This document shows, in pieces, positions 43,234 to 53,916 of a stretch of DNA of 64,000 nucleotides (position 1 is its first letter; each line of letters opens with the position of its first letter). The position numbers and the translations under genes are program-made. Below the pieces are notes generated by a model. It was given only the letters and a program-made list of their open reading frames with translations. It did not search any database and was not told the origin of the DNA. Source of the stretch: Minisyncoccota bacterium (GTDB taxonomy: Bacteria > Patescibacteriota > Minisyncoccia > Phycocordibacterales > Phycocordibacteraceae). The stretch lies in the NCBI GenBank assembly GCA_038106525.1, contig JAYOEC010000001.1:24876-88875 (forward strand), in the 5' to 3' direction.

Positions 43234-44634
43234 CTATCGTAGCACCGATGCATCACGGACGCGAGCAATGGCGTCTGAAATCGAAAGTCGTTCCTGCTCG
43301 CCAGTATCGCGGTGACGGAGCGTTACCGTGTCTTTGAGTTCCGGTCTCTCACCCAAGGTATCAAAGTCGATAACAATACAGTATGGCGTGCCAATCTCGT
43401 CCTGGCGGCGATAGCGTTTACCGATATTGCCGTTATCGTCCCACACCACCTGCGGGACTTCCTTTTTAAGCGCCGCATACACCTCGCGCGCTTTTGCCAC
43501 GAGCTCTGGCTTGTTCTTAAGAAGTGGCGAGACCGCTGCTTTGACTGGCGCGAGATGCGGCGCGAGTTTTAAGACGACGCGCGTTTCGCCGTCCATCTCA
43601 TCTTCATGATACGCGTCAGCAAGAACTGCAAGAAATACACGGCCCACACCCATCGATGTCTCAAGGATCCACGGTACATACTTCTCCCCTGTTTCCGGGT
43701 CGGTGTAGCGCAAGTCAACGCCCGAGAACTTTTGGTGCTGCGTGAGATCGTAGTCAGTACGGTCGTGGATTCCCTCTATTTCATCAAATCCTCCCGGGAA
43801 CTCGTACTCGATGTCCCATGCATCTTTTGCATAAAAAACGAGGTTGTCGTGCTGCTTCCACCTAAGTTTTGCTTCGGCAATGCCTAGGGAAAGGTACCAG
43901 TCCCAGCGATCCTTCTTGATCTGCTCGTATGCCTCTCTATTCTCATTCGGCCTTATAAAGTACTGGGTGTCCGCCTGCTCAAACTCGCGAGTGCGGAACA
44001 GGAAGTTGCGCGGGCTGATCTCGTTACGAAATGCTTTACCTATCTGCGCGACACCAAACGGCACTTTCGGATTCATGGAGTCGACAATGTTTTTATAGTC
44101 GAGATAGATCCCCTGGCATGCCTCACCAGGTAGGTACACCAGGTCTGCTCCTTCAGATGTAAAGTCGCCCAGATTCGACTTCACCAACAGGTTAAACGGC
44201 TTCACGCGACTAAAATCCTTTTTGCCGCACATCGGACATTTAATTTTGTCTCGGTTCTGGTCGAAGAGGTCGTTGAGCTCGGCTTCCGACATCTTTTCGT
44301 CCGCCGTCACACCGACCCTCCCGAGCTCCTTATCGACACGAATGCGCGTGTTGCAGTTCTTGCACTCAGCCAGGGGGTCCGAAAATCCCCCGACATGGCC
44401 AGACGCTTCCCAAGTTTTTGGGTGGCGGAACATCCCGCTGTCCAGTCCGTAATAGTTCTCGCGGTCATATACATTCGCCTTCCACCACGAGCGCTTAATG
44501 TTATTCAGAAGCTCGACGCCTCGCGGACCAAAGTCGTAGACACCTGCAAGTCCGCCGTAAATCTCTGATCCCGGGTACACAAACCCGCGGCGTTTTGCGA
44601 GCGACACTATTTTTTCCATGAGGTCACCTGCCAT
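43234..44634 (-). CDS. glyQS: Glycine--tRNA ligase (alpha2 type)
   Basis: KRRGF..SEIYGG, QIGKAFRNEI, FRTREFEQ, IGKRYRRQDEIGTP. Confidence 0.96.
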   Translation of the reverse strand: MAGDLMEKIVSLAKRRGFVYPGSEIYGGLAGVYDFGPRGVELLNNIKRSWWKANVYDRENYYGLDSGMFRHPKTWEASGHVGGFSDPLAECKNCNTRIRVDKELGRVGVTADEKMSEAELNDLFDQNRDKIKCPMCGKKDFSRVKPFNLLVKSNLGDFTSEGADLVYLPGEACQGIYLDYKNIVDSMNPKVPFGVAQIGKAFRNEISPRNFLFRTREFEQADTQYFIRPNENREAYEQIKKDRWDWYLSLGIAEAKLRWKQHDNLVFYAKDAWDIEYEFPGGFDEIEGIHDRTDYDLTQHQKFSGVDLRYTDPETGEKYVPWILETSMGVGRVFLAVLADAYHEDEMDGETRVVLKLAPHLAPVKAAVSPLLKNKPELVAKAREVYAALKKEVPQVVWDDNGNIGKRYRRQDEIGTPYCIVIDFDTLGERPELKDTVTLRHRDTGEQERLSISDAIARVRDASVLR

Positions 44635-44641
44635 AACTTGC

Positions 44642-46477
44642 TTACGGTACCACAGTACCCTGCTGCGATGAAACTCCGGTGCCAGTAGTAAGCGAGCCCG
44701 AAGATCGCTCGACTGTGGCTCGAATAAAGCGATCAAATGCTGACACGCGCTGATCAACGACAAGAGAGGGCATACTGTTTACCTGCGAGAGCGAGGGTAC
44801 TGCACCGATAGCAAAAGCTGCTGTCCGCTGTTCGCCTGGCGCAAGATCGCCAATCTCCCATGATATTGATCTGCCGTTCTCATGGTATGAAACCGCCCCT
44901 GACACTGCAGACTTCCACTCAACATAGTTCGGCAAAAGCGCAGTAACCACAGTATCAGCAACCGCGTTTGATGAGTTCGTGACCGTCCAAGAAACAATGT
45001 AGAGTGTCTCTTGCTCAACCTTTGGGGGTTGCGGACCGGAGCTGCGGGCAAGTGTTGCCGAAAGCGCAAGGTCAGTCGATACGAGCGCGACTGCCTTTGC
45101 GCTCGAGCCTACTTCTTCCTGTACATTGCCCTCGGCAGTTCTCTTCCCGCGGACTGTAGCAGCGAGCGTGATCTGTGGACTGCGGAACGACCCCGCATTC
45201 TGCGGGAGTGCCGCAAACTCGAAAGTTGCAAATTGAGACTCGCCAGGAGAAACATCTTCGAGCCTGCGATCAGTCTCCGGTGAAAAGATAATAGTGGTAT
45301 CTGAAGAACGATAGAAACCCTGTTCGGACTTAACTGAACTTTTGTCGAGAACCGCGCCGTTCAATCGCAGCTGTATCTCGACATCCTGAATGCGAGTCGG
45401 AAGATTGTTAGTCCACCGAATCTCTCCTCGAACCGGAACTCCCCGCTGTATGTTTTTTTCTGGTGCAGAATCGCCATTGAGCGATAGCTGTACCGATACG
45501 AACGGCTTTGCAACGAGCAACGAGATATCGGTCGCCGCAAGCGGTGCCTGGATGGTATCGGTGCCTTGCTTTTGAGAACCCGTAGTAAAGTGGACTACCC
45601 GATCCGAACCATCCTCGCCAACAAACGAACCGCGGATCACAATCTCCCGCTCTCCCGAAGGGAGTACGGTACCAAGATCCCACACATTGGAACCGGCACG
45701 AGGAGCTGGCGAAGAAGAGATAAAAGTAAACCCTGGGGGATAGGTGGCAACAAGCAGCATCCCCAGAAGCGGTTCAGTGGCATTTGAAGCGACCCGAACG
45801 CGGATCTCTGCGGGCTCTCCAGACACTACCTCGGACAGTGAGACAACACTAATTGATGCTGGAGACTGACTGATGGTTGTATGATACTCGCCCTCGCTAC
45901 GAAATACTGCATTCGAAGATGGCACCCGGTATTCTGCCGAAACAGCAACAGTAAGTTCTGTTCCTCGCTCGCCAAACAAGACTGCCTGAACGGTGCGCGT
46001 CACCGTTTCTCCGGGCTGGATAGTGCCGAGTGACTCGCGGATGCGCGGCAAGTCGAGCGACACATCAGCAGCAGACCGGGTTCCCGTCGGGTATTCAACC
46101 AAAAGGTCGGTGAGGTTCATCGGTGCAGGATTGTTATTGGTAATGAGAATTTGAAGCGACACCTCGTCTCCGGCACGAACCGCCGTTGGTCCCTGGATAT
46201 CGATCCTGACATTCTTCGTCGAAACTGTAGTGTCACCGGAGAAAATAATGAGACCGGCAACCGTCGCCGCAACGATAAAAAAGACGACTGACCCCGCAAA
46301 GAGATATTCGAGTACGGAAAATCTTCCAAGAAGCGACGGCGCGCGCGGTGGTGGCACCCGCCCCCACGCAGCAGGTGCCGGTGGGGGTGTGGTGCCGAGC
46401 GGTCGCCGTTGGAGCGGCTCTGAGCCAGGGCGCATTTCGACACGGGCGCTGAGCCGATCCAGCGATTCTTGATCCAT
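44642..46477 (-). CDS. Membrane-anchored multi-Ig-like (DUF11-like) surface protein
   Basis: Single TM helix; repeated N....L..P.G and W.(L/I)G.(L/V)..GE motifs. Confidence 0.7.
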   Translation of the reverse strand: MDQESLDRLSARVEMRPGSEPLQRRPLGTTPPPAPAAWGRVPPPRAPSLLGRFSVLEYLFAGSVVFFIVAATVAGLIIFSGDTTVSTKNVRIDIQGPTAVRAGDEVSLQILITNNNPAPMNLTDLLVEYPTGTRSAADVSLDLPRIRESLGTIQPGETVTRTVQAVLFGERGTELTVAVSAEYRVPSSNAVFRSEGEYHTTISQSPASISVVSLSEVVSGEPAEIRVRVASNATEPLLGMLLVATYPPGFTFISSSPAPRAGSNVWDLGTVLPSGEREIVIRGSFVGEDGSDRVVHFTTGSQKQGTDTIQAPLAATDISLLVAKPFVSVQLSLNGDSAPEKNIQRGVPVRGEIRWTNNLPTRIQDVEIQLRLNGAVLDKSSVKSEQGFYRSSDTTIIFSPETDRRLEDVSPGESQFATFEFAALPQNAGSFRSPQITLAATVRGKRTAEGNVQEEVGSSAKAVALVSTDLALSATLARSSGPQPPKVEQETLYIVSWTVTNSSNAVADTVVTALLPNYVEWKSAVSGAVSYHENGRSISWEIGDLAPGEQRTAAFAIGAVPSLSQVNSMPSLVVDQRVSAFDRFIRATVERSSGSLTTGTGVSSQQGTVVP

Positions 46478-46495
46478 TCCTGTATAGTACCAAGC

Positions 46496-47080
46496 CTACA
46501 GGCCGGAGGCGCTCATACCGCGGTGTATGTGGCGGACTAACGCTCCGGTGCGCGCACCGGCGCGCATCAAAAGTGCGGCAGTAAGCGGAGAAGCGATGAA
46601 GTCGTGCTCGTCGTCGGATGGCGCAACATATCCAAGTGCCGCAAGGGTCCGTAGCACAACAAGGTATTCAAGCGTACGGATATCTTTGGCCGAAACATCG
46701 TGAAGGGCACCACAGTACTCCCAGAGCCGCCCAAAGAGCTCGTCATTCTTGCCTTCCCCACGGACAAATTGTCGTACAAACGAAATAACTCTGGCGAACG
46801 ATTTCTGAACTTCCTCCTGTTGCACTGCAAAATACTCGTTTACCGTCCGCACAGCGCCCGTAACGCGCCACTGATCTCTTCCTCGAACCAGCGAGTAGGT
46901 GCCGCGCGTCCCCGGTACCAGATGTGCCCGGAGCTTTGAGCGTTCCTCGCGAGCAGAAGTGGCGAGTGCAGTTACCAACCCCAACTCTTCGGTAAAGAGC
47001 ATAATCCTGAGCGATCCCTCGCCCGCCTGACGGCGGCTCAGTACAAGTCCGCGTGTATGCACCTCACGCTTTGTGAACAT
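46496..47080 (-). CDS. recO: DNA repair protein RecO (short)
   Basis: GLVL.R...GE....LFT.ELG....A...R..RSKL N-terminal OB fold; L..LGY.P. Confidence 0.75.
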   Translation of the reverse strand: MFTKREVHTRGLVLSRRQAGEGSLRIMLFTEELGLVTALATSAREERSKLRAHLVPGTRGTYSLVRGRDQWRVTGAVRTVNEYFAVQQEEVQKSFARVISFVRQFVRGEGKNDELFGRLWEYCGALHDVSAKDIRTLEYLVVLRTLAALGYVAPSDDEHDFIASPLTAALLMRAGARTGALVRHIHRGMSASGL

Positions 47081-50000
47081 TGAAATCTCCTTCACGAACT
47101 TCACTGATTGATGCTGCCCTCTCTAGACTCTCGAAGTGCTGCTGAGCAAATACCAACCGCTCGGCCGGAACGGACAGCACCGCACGGTCTTTTGGATTAA
47201 GCCCTGCAATTTTCCGCGCCTCCTGCACTTCACGAATAAGCTCGCGCACTTCTCCCTCCTCCCTAAGCGCATCGGTCAAGGTGGTATCAAGTTCAACCAT
47301 TTCGGGTATTCCCTCTTGCACCACCACCTCCTTTACATTCAATTCATCGCGGATCAGGTCGAGCAGGTCGTTTTTATTCGCAAGTGACGGCGCATTAATT
47401 TTGAGCCTAGAGAGCGGCTGACGAACCTTGATGCCCTCTTTCTGTCTTGCCTCGAGCGCCAAGGACACCAACTCGCGCACCTTTTGCATATCTAATACAA
47501 GTTCAGATGAGTTAAGGCGCAAAAGACTCTTCCAATCGAATATCTTGCGAGCAACAGTCGGCCAGGCTGCAAGGTGCACGGATACCGGATCCTGTTCATC
47601 TCGAACGCCGCGGTACACAGCCTCAGCAAGAAACGGAGCAAACGGTGCTAAGAGGCGTGCTGAAACATGCAATGTCTTTCGCAGCGTCTGTAGTGCAGCG
47701 CGGTCGCCGTCCCGAACCCGATCACGGATGCGGCGCACATACCATTGCGAAATATCTTCGAAAAGGGCTGCAAGCGCTCGTGTCGCTGCGGTGAGATTAT
47801 ATGCGTCGAGCGCCGAGGTCACCTCAACTATAACTTGTTCCGTCCGTCGCTGCATCCACTGATCGATACTCATCACACGCATATCAGGCCCGCCTTCGTT
47901 CTTAAAAATCTCATAAAACTTTGCGCTGTTATCAAACCAACCAAGAGCTCGAGCCGCCTCACGGACGGTCTTTTCGTCAAAATTCTTTGGATCCCCGGCA
48001 TCATTGACACTAAACATCCAAAATCTCAGTGCATCCGCTCCCCACTGTTCAATAGCATCCCAAGGGTTTACCACATTGCCGCGACTCTTCGACATTTTTT
48101 TTCCTTCCGCATCAAGCAGATGACCCAGTGATACTACATGGTTATATGGAGCCCCCTTTCCCATGAGAACACCGACCGCAAGAAGTGTATAAAACCACCC
48201 GCGTGTCTGATCAATTGCTTCAGCAATGTAGTCCGCAGGATATGGTGACTCGGTGCCGAATGGCATTCCTCCAGAATCAAACCACACATCGACCACATCC
48301 GGAACGCGATGGAGTTCTTTGCCTGTCGGGGACTCGAGCACCACTGAATCGATAAATGGGCGGTGTAGGTCAAGCTCGTAATCAGCATTGTGCGGCAACC
48401 GAACAAACTGGAACTCGCGCACCTCGCCAGTGGTGTAGTATTCCTCGCGATCCTTCATGGCGACCGTCCCAGCAACATCAGCCCCTCTGGCAATTGCCTC
48501 GGCTAACCAAACGGCGTACTCGTGCGTCACGATCAAAATAGTCTCTCCATGATGTTTCTCCTCAAGTTCGTAGAGGAACGCGCCAATCCGGCGTCGCATG
48601 TCCATCAAATTTTCTCCGCCAGGGGGCGTCTTGTAAAACCGTTCTTGGTACGAAGAAAAGAAATGATGGTACGCCTCGACCGACTTTCCATCAAATTCTC
48701 CCGTATCTATTTCTTGAATTCGATCATCAAATCGTATTTCTGATTTCGGAAATCCGCATGCGTCGGCAACGATCTCTGCAGTCTCTCTGGTACGGATGAA
48801 TGGGGAGGCATAGATCGCATCAAATCTCTTCCATTTCAGAGTCTGTGCGGACTTTGCAACCTGTGCCCTGCCGGAGTCTGTCAGATGATTTTCGTCACCC
48901 GCATGAGAACTGACCACGGACCCAACATTGCTCATTGCCTGCCCATGCCGCATCAAAAAGTAAGTGTTGCCGCTCTTTTTACTATAGCGTTTCAGCTCAT
49001 CAACGGAACCGATGACCATGTGCTCACCCTCTCCTTCCCACACCGGGAGTGGTGTTGCCCAGTATCGTTCGCGAGAAATTGCCCAGTCCTTTATGCCTCG
49101 CAGCCACTCGCCCATGCGCCCATCACGCAAGTGTGCGGGAACCCAAGCAACCGTCGCATTCTCCCGCTGCAGAGTATCAGCCAATTCGGACATACGGATG
49201 TACCAAGAATCGCGCGCATAGTAGATGAGTGCAGTTTTACATCTCCAGCAAAATGGGTAGGAATGTGCATGCTTCCCTTTTGAGAACAAGTGTCCGCGGT
49301 GCGCGAGGTCCTTAATGATGTCGACCGCAACACCCTCATCCCGTACAAATCTGCCAGCCAAAAATCCGACCCCATCCATAAAACGCCCGGACGGCTCGAC
49401 CACATGTACACGGGGTAAATCGTTTTTTTGACCAAGCAAAAAATCATCCGCCCCATACATGACCGCGGTATGCACCACTCCCGTGCCATCTTCAGTAGTT
49501 ACAAAATCAGCCTCGTACACCTTAAAGGCACTCGCAAACCGCTCGCGCTCACTTTCAGGAGCCAAATCCCGTGCAAATGGGTACAGAGGTTCATATGTCT
49601 GACCAACGAGCTGCTCGCCGGACAAGGATTCAGCTCCTTCCGCAGAAAGGCCGAGGGACGATGCCCGATCTTTAGCAACAATCAGGGTTTCTCCATCATT
49701 GCGGACCTTTAGGTACTGAATGCCACCACCAACCGCGAGAGCAACATTCCCTGGTAATGTCCATGGAGTGGTGGTCCACGCGAGAATAAAGGTCGGCTGC
49801 TGCTCGCCGACCTGTTCCGGAGTGCGAAGGCGAAACTTTGCAACAACCGCAAGGTCGCTTACTTCCTCATACCCTTGTGCAACCTCATGTGATGAAAGAG
49901 CGGTGCCACATCGAGGACACCATGGAACCACCTTGTAATCCTTATACAACCGCCGATCTCGGTGCACCTTGGCAAGAATGCCCCAGAGCCGTTCCATGTA

Positions 50001-50468
50001 TGTTGGAGTGTAAGTGTAGTATGCATCCGCCTGATCAACCCAATACCCAATGCGTTCAGTAAAACGCCACCACTCGTCTATGTACCGTAAGACACTCTCC
50101 CGGCACTTCTGATTAAAGGCTGCGACACCGTACGCCTCAATCTCCGGCTTTCCTGAAAATCCTAGCTGCTTCTCAACCTCGAGCTCCACCGGAAGTCCGT
50201 GCGTATCCCACCCTGCACGGCGCTTCACACGATACCCCTGCATTGTCTTATACCGAGGAATTGCATCCTTAAACGCTCGCGCTTCGAGGTGGTGCAAGCC
50301 AGGTTTACCATTTGCTGTAGGCGGCCCCTCATAAAATACAAACTCGCCCTTCGGGGCTGGCTTCTCCAACGACCGTTCAAAAATCTTGTGTTCTTTCCAA
50401 AATGCAAGCACCTCCTCCTCGCGGAGTGCGGCATCCGACTTTTGACGCTGCTGCGCATCGTCGTGCAT
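47064..50468 (-). CDS. ileS: Isoleucine--tRNA ligase (type 2) with inserted histidine-phosphatase domain
   Basis: EGPPTANG, GWDTHGLPVE, WTTTPWTLP, DWAISRERYW, DQTRGWF, KMSKS; internal LMRHG...SP..RT.ETA...VTH. Confidence 0.96.
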   Translation of the reverse strand: MHDDAQQRQKSDAALREEEVLAFWKEHKIFERSLEKPAPKGEFVFYEGPPTANGKPGLHHLEARAFKDAIPRYKTMQGYRVKRRAGWDTHGLPVELEVEKQLGFSGKPEIEAYGVAAFNQKCRESVLRYIDEWWRFTERIGYWVDQADAYYTYTPTYMERLWGILAKVHRDRRLYKDYKVVPWCPRCGTALSSHEVAQGYEEVSDLAVVAKFRLRTPEQVGEQQPTFILAWTTTPWTLPGNVALAVGGGIQYLKVRNDGETLIVAKDRASSLGLSAEGAESLSGEQLVGQTYEPLYPFARDLAPESERERFASAFKVYEADFVTTEDGTGVVHTAVMYGADDFLLGQKNDLPRVHVVEPSGRFMDGVGFLAGRFVRDEGVAVDIIKDLAHRGHLFSKGKHAHSYPFCWRCKTALIYYARDSWYIRMSELADTLQRENATVAWVPAHLRDGRMGEWLRGIKDWAISRERYWATPLPVWEGEGEHMVIGSVDELKRYSKKSGNTYFLMRHGQAMSNVGSVVSSHAGDENHLTDSGRAQVAKSAQTLKWKRFDAIYASPFIRTRETAEIVADACGFPKSEIRFDDRIQEIDTGEFDGKSVEAYHHFFSSYQERFYKTPPGGENLMDMRRRIGAFLYELEEKHHGETILIVTHEYAVWLAEAIARGADVAGTVAMKDREEYYTTGEVREFQFVRLPHNADYELDLHRPFIDSVVLESPTGKELHRVPDVVDVWFDSGGMPFGTESPYPADYIAEAIDQTRGWFYTLLAVGVLMGKGAPYNHVVSLGHLLDAEGKKMSKSRGNVVNPWDAIEQWGADALRFWMFSVNDAGDPKNFDEKTVREAARALGWFDNSAKFYEIFKNEGGPDMRVMSIDQWMQRRTEQVIVEVTSALDAYNLTAATRALAALFEDISQWYVRRIRDRVRDGDRAALQTLRKTLHVSARLLAPFAPFLAEAVYRGVRDEQDPVSVHLAAWPTVARKIFDWKSLLRLNSSELVLDMQKVRELVSLALEARQKEGIKVRQPLSRLKINAPSLANKNDLLDLIRDELNVKEVVVQEGIPEMVELDTTLTDALREEGEVRELIREVQEARKIAGLNPKDRAVLSVPAERLVFAQQHFESLERAASISEVREGDFNVHKA

Positions 50469-50494
50469 TTTTTAATCCTAGCACGGCAGCACTT

Positions 50495-51862
50495 TCAAGG
50501 CGCAGCGGTCTTTGAATGGGACACGAGTAGGTACGCTCCAGCACCAGCAGTACCCAAAAGCCCAGCCATAAAAACGAAAACCCAATACGGGAGCGGCCTC
50601 CTTGGTGAGGCAGTTGTTGTTGCCTCAACAATGTCGCGAGAACCATCCGATGACCCGGCTGACGCACCAAGCACCAACCCACTCGCGGCCGCCATCGATT
50701 GTTGCTCTTGTTCTGCTCTCGGGATGCTTTTAGCTGAGAGCATGAGCTGCGCCGTATAGGTCACTGCGGGCATGCCATTTGGGTACTGAAGCAGTACTGT
50801 GCTCGGAACACTTGGGCGCACCCCTGTTACCGCACCGGCAAATGCAACAAGGGTCTGAGGGCGCACTATGGTGCGTGGAGGAAAGACGAATCGTGATCCG
50901 TCCGCACTCAAAATCCATCCACCAAGGTCAACCTCGTGAGAGGAGTGGTTCTTAATTTCTACCAGTTCTGGAGACACCGTACCGAACGAAAGATCCGCGG
51001 GCACCGCTGCAACCAGCACTCTGTCGGCAGCACTATATGCACCACTTGCAGCATCAGCAACCACCGTGTAACTCCCTGGATAGAGAAAAGTGTGCGCTAC
51101 CGATTGTCCTTCGGCGCTTGTTCCATCACCAAAACTCCACACCACGCGAGCACTCTCAATCCGCTCGCCGGCGAGGCCATAGACTACCGAGGAGAATATG
51201 AGCGGAGCCCCAACAATCGCGGTCCGATCATCGCCAGCTGTGATGCGGATCTTCGGGTCGACAGGAAACGAGCTGGTGCTTGGACTGCTCGACGCCGAAA
51301 CAGACGATGGTGTTGATGTCTCAGGAACCTCCGTTTCCTCTGAAGCAGCACCGGGCCCGCCACCGGGTGTTGGTTGAAGTGCTACCCAGCTTGAGCCGTT
51401 TTTCTGAAGTGATGTGCCGTCTCCTGCTCCGCCCATCCCTGGTGTATAGGTCACCGAGTCGATATCTGCTCCGGCGTTGTCACGCACAGCAATGCTTTCG
51501 CCATTCGTATTATTAAGCCCGCTGGTAAACGCAACATCGAAAAGAGTCCCTGAAAATCCAGGATAATCAGCAAGAAATGTAGTCGGGTCGTCTGCAATGA
51601 CTACATATGTTCCGGATGGAATAGTCTCGGCACCCGCAACAAGATTGAGTGAGTGATTAACGCCTCCCTCAAAAAGCTTCCAGTCGGAAAGAACTATCGG
51701 CTCGCCCGAATTCATAACCTCTATCCACTCGTGTTTCGTATCGGTACCGCTTGGATCATACATAATCTCCGAAATAAAAACTGCCGCAGAGGCGGCAGTG
51801 GGAGCTACAAAAACGGTCAGGAAGACGAGGAGCGGGATCGAGGCCCGATACATGCCTACCAC
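50495..51862 (-). CDS. Lamin-tail + PKD domain surface protein
   Basis: ISEIMYDP, EWIEV, WSFGDG..HTF.YPG.Y (PKD), second LTD (VDLGGW), C-terminal TM helix. Confidence 0.8.
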   Translation of the reverse strand: MVGMYRASIPLLVFLTVFVAPTAASAAVFISEIMYDPSGTDTKHEWIEVMNSGEPIVLSDWKLFEGGVNHSLNLVAGAETIPSGTYVVIADDPTTFLADYPGFSGTLFDVAFTSGLNNTNGESIAVRDNAGADIDSVTYTPGMGGAGDGTSLQKNGSSWVALQPTPGGGPGAASEETEVPETSTPSSVSASSSPSTSSFPVDPKIRITAGDDRTAIVGAPLIFSSVVYGLAGERIESARVVWSFGDGTSAEGQSVAHTFLYPGSYTVVADAASGAYSAADRVLVAAVPADLSFGTVSPELVEIKNHSSHEVDLGGWILSADGSRFVFPPRTIVRPQTLVAFAGAVTGVRPSVPSTVLLQYPNGMPAVTYTAQLMLSAKSIPRAEQEQQSMAAASGLVLGASAGSSDGSRDIVEATTTASPRRPLPYWVFVFMAGLLGTAGAGAYLLVSHSKTAAP

Positions 51863-51890
51863 CGTACACTAGCGCAGCAAGCTGTCAACA

Positions 51891-53585
51891 TTACATCCGA
51901 TCCGGAGCTTGGATCCCGAGTAGCCAGAGACCGTTTTTCATCGTGTGCAGAAATGCTTCGGTAATTGCAATTTTGTACGGCGAGTAAGGATCGGATGGAT
52001 CAACAATCTTGGTCCCCGCATACCAACTATTAAATGCGCCTGCGAGCTCGGTTAAAAATGTGGTGACATAGTGTGGCTCGTATTCAACCATTGCGCGCTC
52101 CACCACCTCTGGGAATCGATACAACAACCGCTCAAGCACCGTGATGCCGTCCGGTAGCATGGCGGACGATGGCTGGATCCGCTCCGCGCGCGCGCGTTCG
52201 AGGACGGAGCGCGCGCGCGTATGCGCGTACTGGAGGTACGGACCCGAGTCTCCCTCAAGAGAAAGCGACTGCGTCGGATCAAAAATGATATTCTTCCCGG
52301 TTCCCTGCTTCAAAATCGAAAATTTGATTGCGGCAACGGCGACCGCATCAGCGATCAATTCCTTTTCGTCACCAAGGTCGCGCTCCTGCATCCTCTCAAG
52401 CGCCTTTACACGCATCGTCTCAATCAGCGATTCGCCGGTGATAACATTCCCCTTTCGGGACGACATCTTGCCTGTGGTGAGGAGGAGCATTCCGAACGGC
52501 ACATGCAGATACGCAGATCCGATATCCGGTCTCAGTTCCGAAAGTGCGGCACGAACAACCGTAAAGTATCCATCCTGCTCAGAAGCTACTGTCGTAACAT
52601 TTAAGTCGAACGGAAAAGTTGCATACTTTGCCTCAGCAAGCCCAAGCTCCTTTGCTTCGTAAGTGGGCGTTCCGTTTTTGGTGATAAATACCCTGGTGTG
52701 CAAGCCGCACTTCTCTCCGCGGTACACGATCGCACCATCACTCTCTTCAAAGATGCCGGCAGCAAGTCCGTCTGCAACCATCTGGGCACCACGCCCAGCA
52801 ACCATGCTCTCAAAAAATAATCCGTCAAATGTCGTGCCGAGCAGCCGATACAATGCGTCAAACTTCTGCAGCGACGCCGTGCGCCCAATATCGTACACCG
52901 TCTGGTACTGCGAGCTCCCTTTGTAGAGTTCGGCGTTGATGAAATCAATTTCTGATCGCGCACTTTCATCGGATTCATACGCCTCGTGCCCAAATGCATA
53001 CGCTTCGCCAAGAGCAATAACATCATGCGGATCCTTTCCTGTCCGCTCGATGCCCCACAAACACTTCGCAACATGCGGACCGATATCTCCTTGATAATTT
53101 GCCCTAAAGAGCTCTGGACCGGACCACTCGATCAACCGAGAAATCGACTCGCCGACTGTCGTCGACATAAGGTGACCGATATGAAAGGGCTTGAACGGAT
53201 TGGGCTGCGAGTACTCAACCATCACCTTCTTGCCTTTCAAAAGGGCATTTTTGCCCCAATCCTTTCCTATCGCGGCAATGTCCGCAATCGAATTTCCGAA
53301 ATAGGCCCGCGATAAATAAAAGTTGATGAACCCTGGCCCTGCGACCTCGAGCTTTGCAACACCTGCCTGTGCGAGAAGATTATCCTTCAAAAGCACTGCG
53401 ACAACTTCTTCCGCAAGCGCCTTTGGGCTTTTCTTCGCTGCCTTTGCTGCGGCGAGAGCAACTGAAGTCGCATAATCGCCGTTCGACACATCTGCTGGAT
53501 GTTCGAGCACTGGTGCTACTCCCTCAATTCCAAGAGAGACAAGACTCCGCAACAGCGCATCATGAATGGCGCGTCGTACTTCCAT
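51891..53585 (-). CDS. argS: Arginine--tRNA ligase
   Basis: AGPGFINF, QPNP.KPFHIGH, KMSSRKG, GPYLQYAH, terminal RM. Confidence 0.97.
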   Translation of the reverse strand: MEVRRAIHDALLRSLVSLGIEGVAPVLEHPADVSNGDYATSVALAAAKAAKKSPKALAEEVVAVLLKDNLLAQAGVAKLEVAGPGFINFYLSRAYFGNSIADIAAIGKDWGKNALLKGKKVMVEYSQPNPFKPFHIGHLMSTTVGESISRLIEWSGPELFRANYQGDIGPHVAKCLWGIERTGKDPHDVIALGEAYAFGHEAYESDESARSEIDFINAELYKGSSQYQTVYDIGRTASLQKFDALYRLLGTTFDGLFFESMVAGRGAQMVADGLAAGIFEESDGAIVYRGEKCGLHTRVFITKNGTPTYEAKELGLAEAKYATFPFDLNVTTVASEQDGYFTVVRAALSELRPDIGSAYLHVPFGMLLLTTGKMSSRKGNVITGESLIETMRVKALERMQERDLGDEKELIADAVAVAAIKFSILKQGTGKNIIFDPTQSLSLEGDSGPYLQYAHTRARSVLERARAERIQPSSAMLPDGITVLERLLYRFPEVVERAMVEYEPHYVTTFLTELAGAFNSWYAGTKIVDPSDPYSPYKIAITEAFLHTMKNGLWLLGIQAPDRM

Positions 53586-53593
53586 ACTTCACA

Positions 53594-53887
53594 CTATATA
53601 TGCTTCTTTATAAATCCGTTGCGAGCACCCCCTTTCTGCGATTGGTGATTTGCAGATAGAAAACAATCCTTACAAAGCCGAGGCGCCGAAGGACTCAATC
53701 TGCGAGTCTGTCCCATCTTTCTACAGTCTTTATTATTGCAAAAGTACAAAAGGCTTGCGCTTCGCGCAGCTTCGGTCCACAGATCCTCCTTCTTATCATT
53801 CCGCCTGCGTTCGCGCACAGCAAACGGCAACTTGAGCTTTCTGCGAGGGTCGCGGTGCGGACCCTTTACCCTGCCTTCTGACATCAC
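53594..53887 (-). CDS. Small basic protein with CxxxxC...CxxC
   Basis: 97-aa ORF filling the glyA-argS gap on the same strand; no recognised homologue. Confidence 0.45.
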   Translation of the reverse strand: MMSEGRVKGPHRDPRRKLKLPFAVRERRRNDKKEDLWTEAARSASLLYFCNNKDCRKMGQTRRLSPSAPRLCKDCFLSANHQSQKGGARNGFIKKHI

Positions 53888-53916
53888 TCTGTCATAGCAC
53901 AGAGACAGTGTAGACG

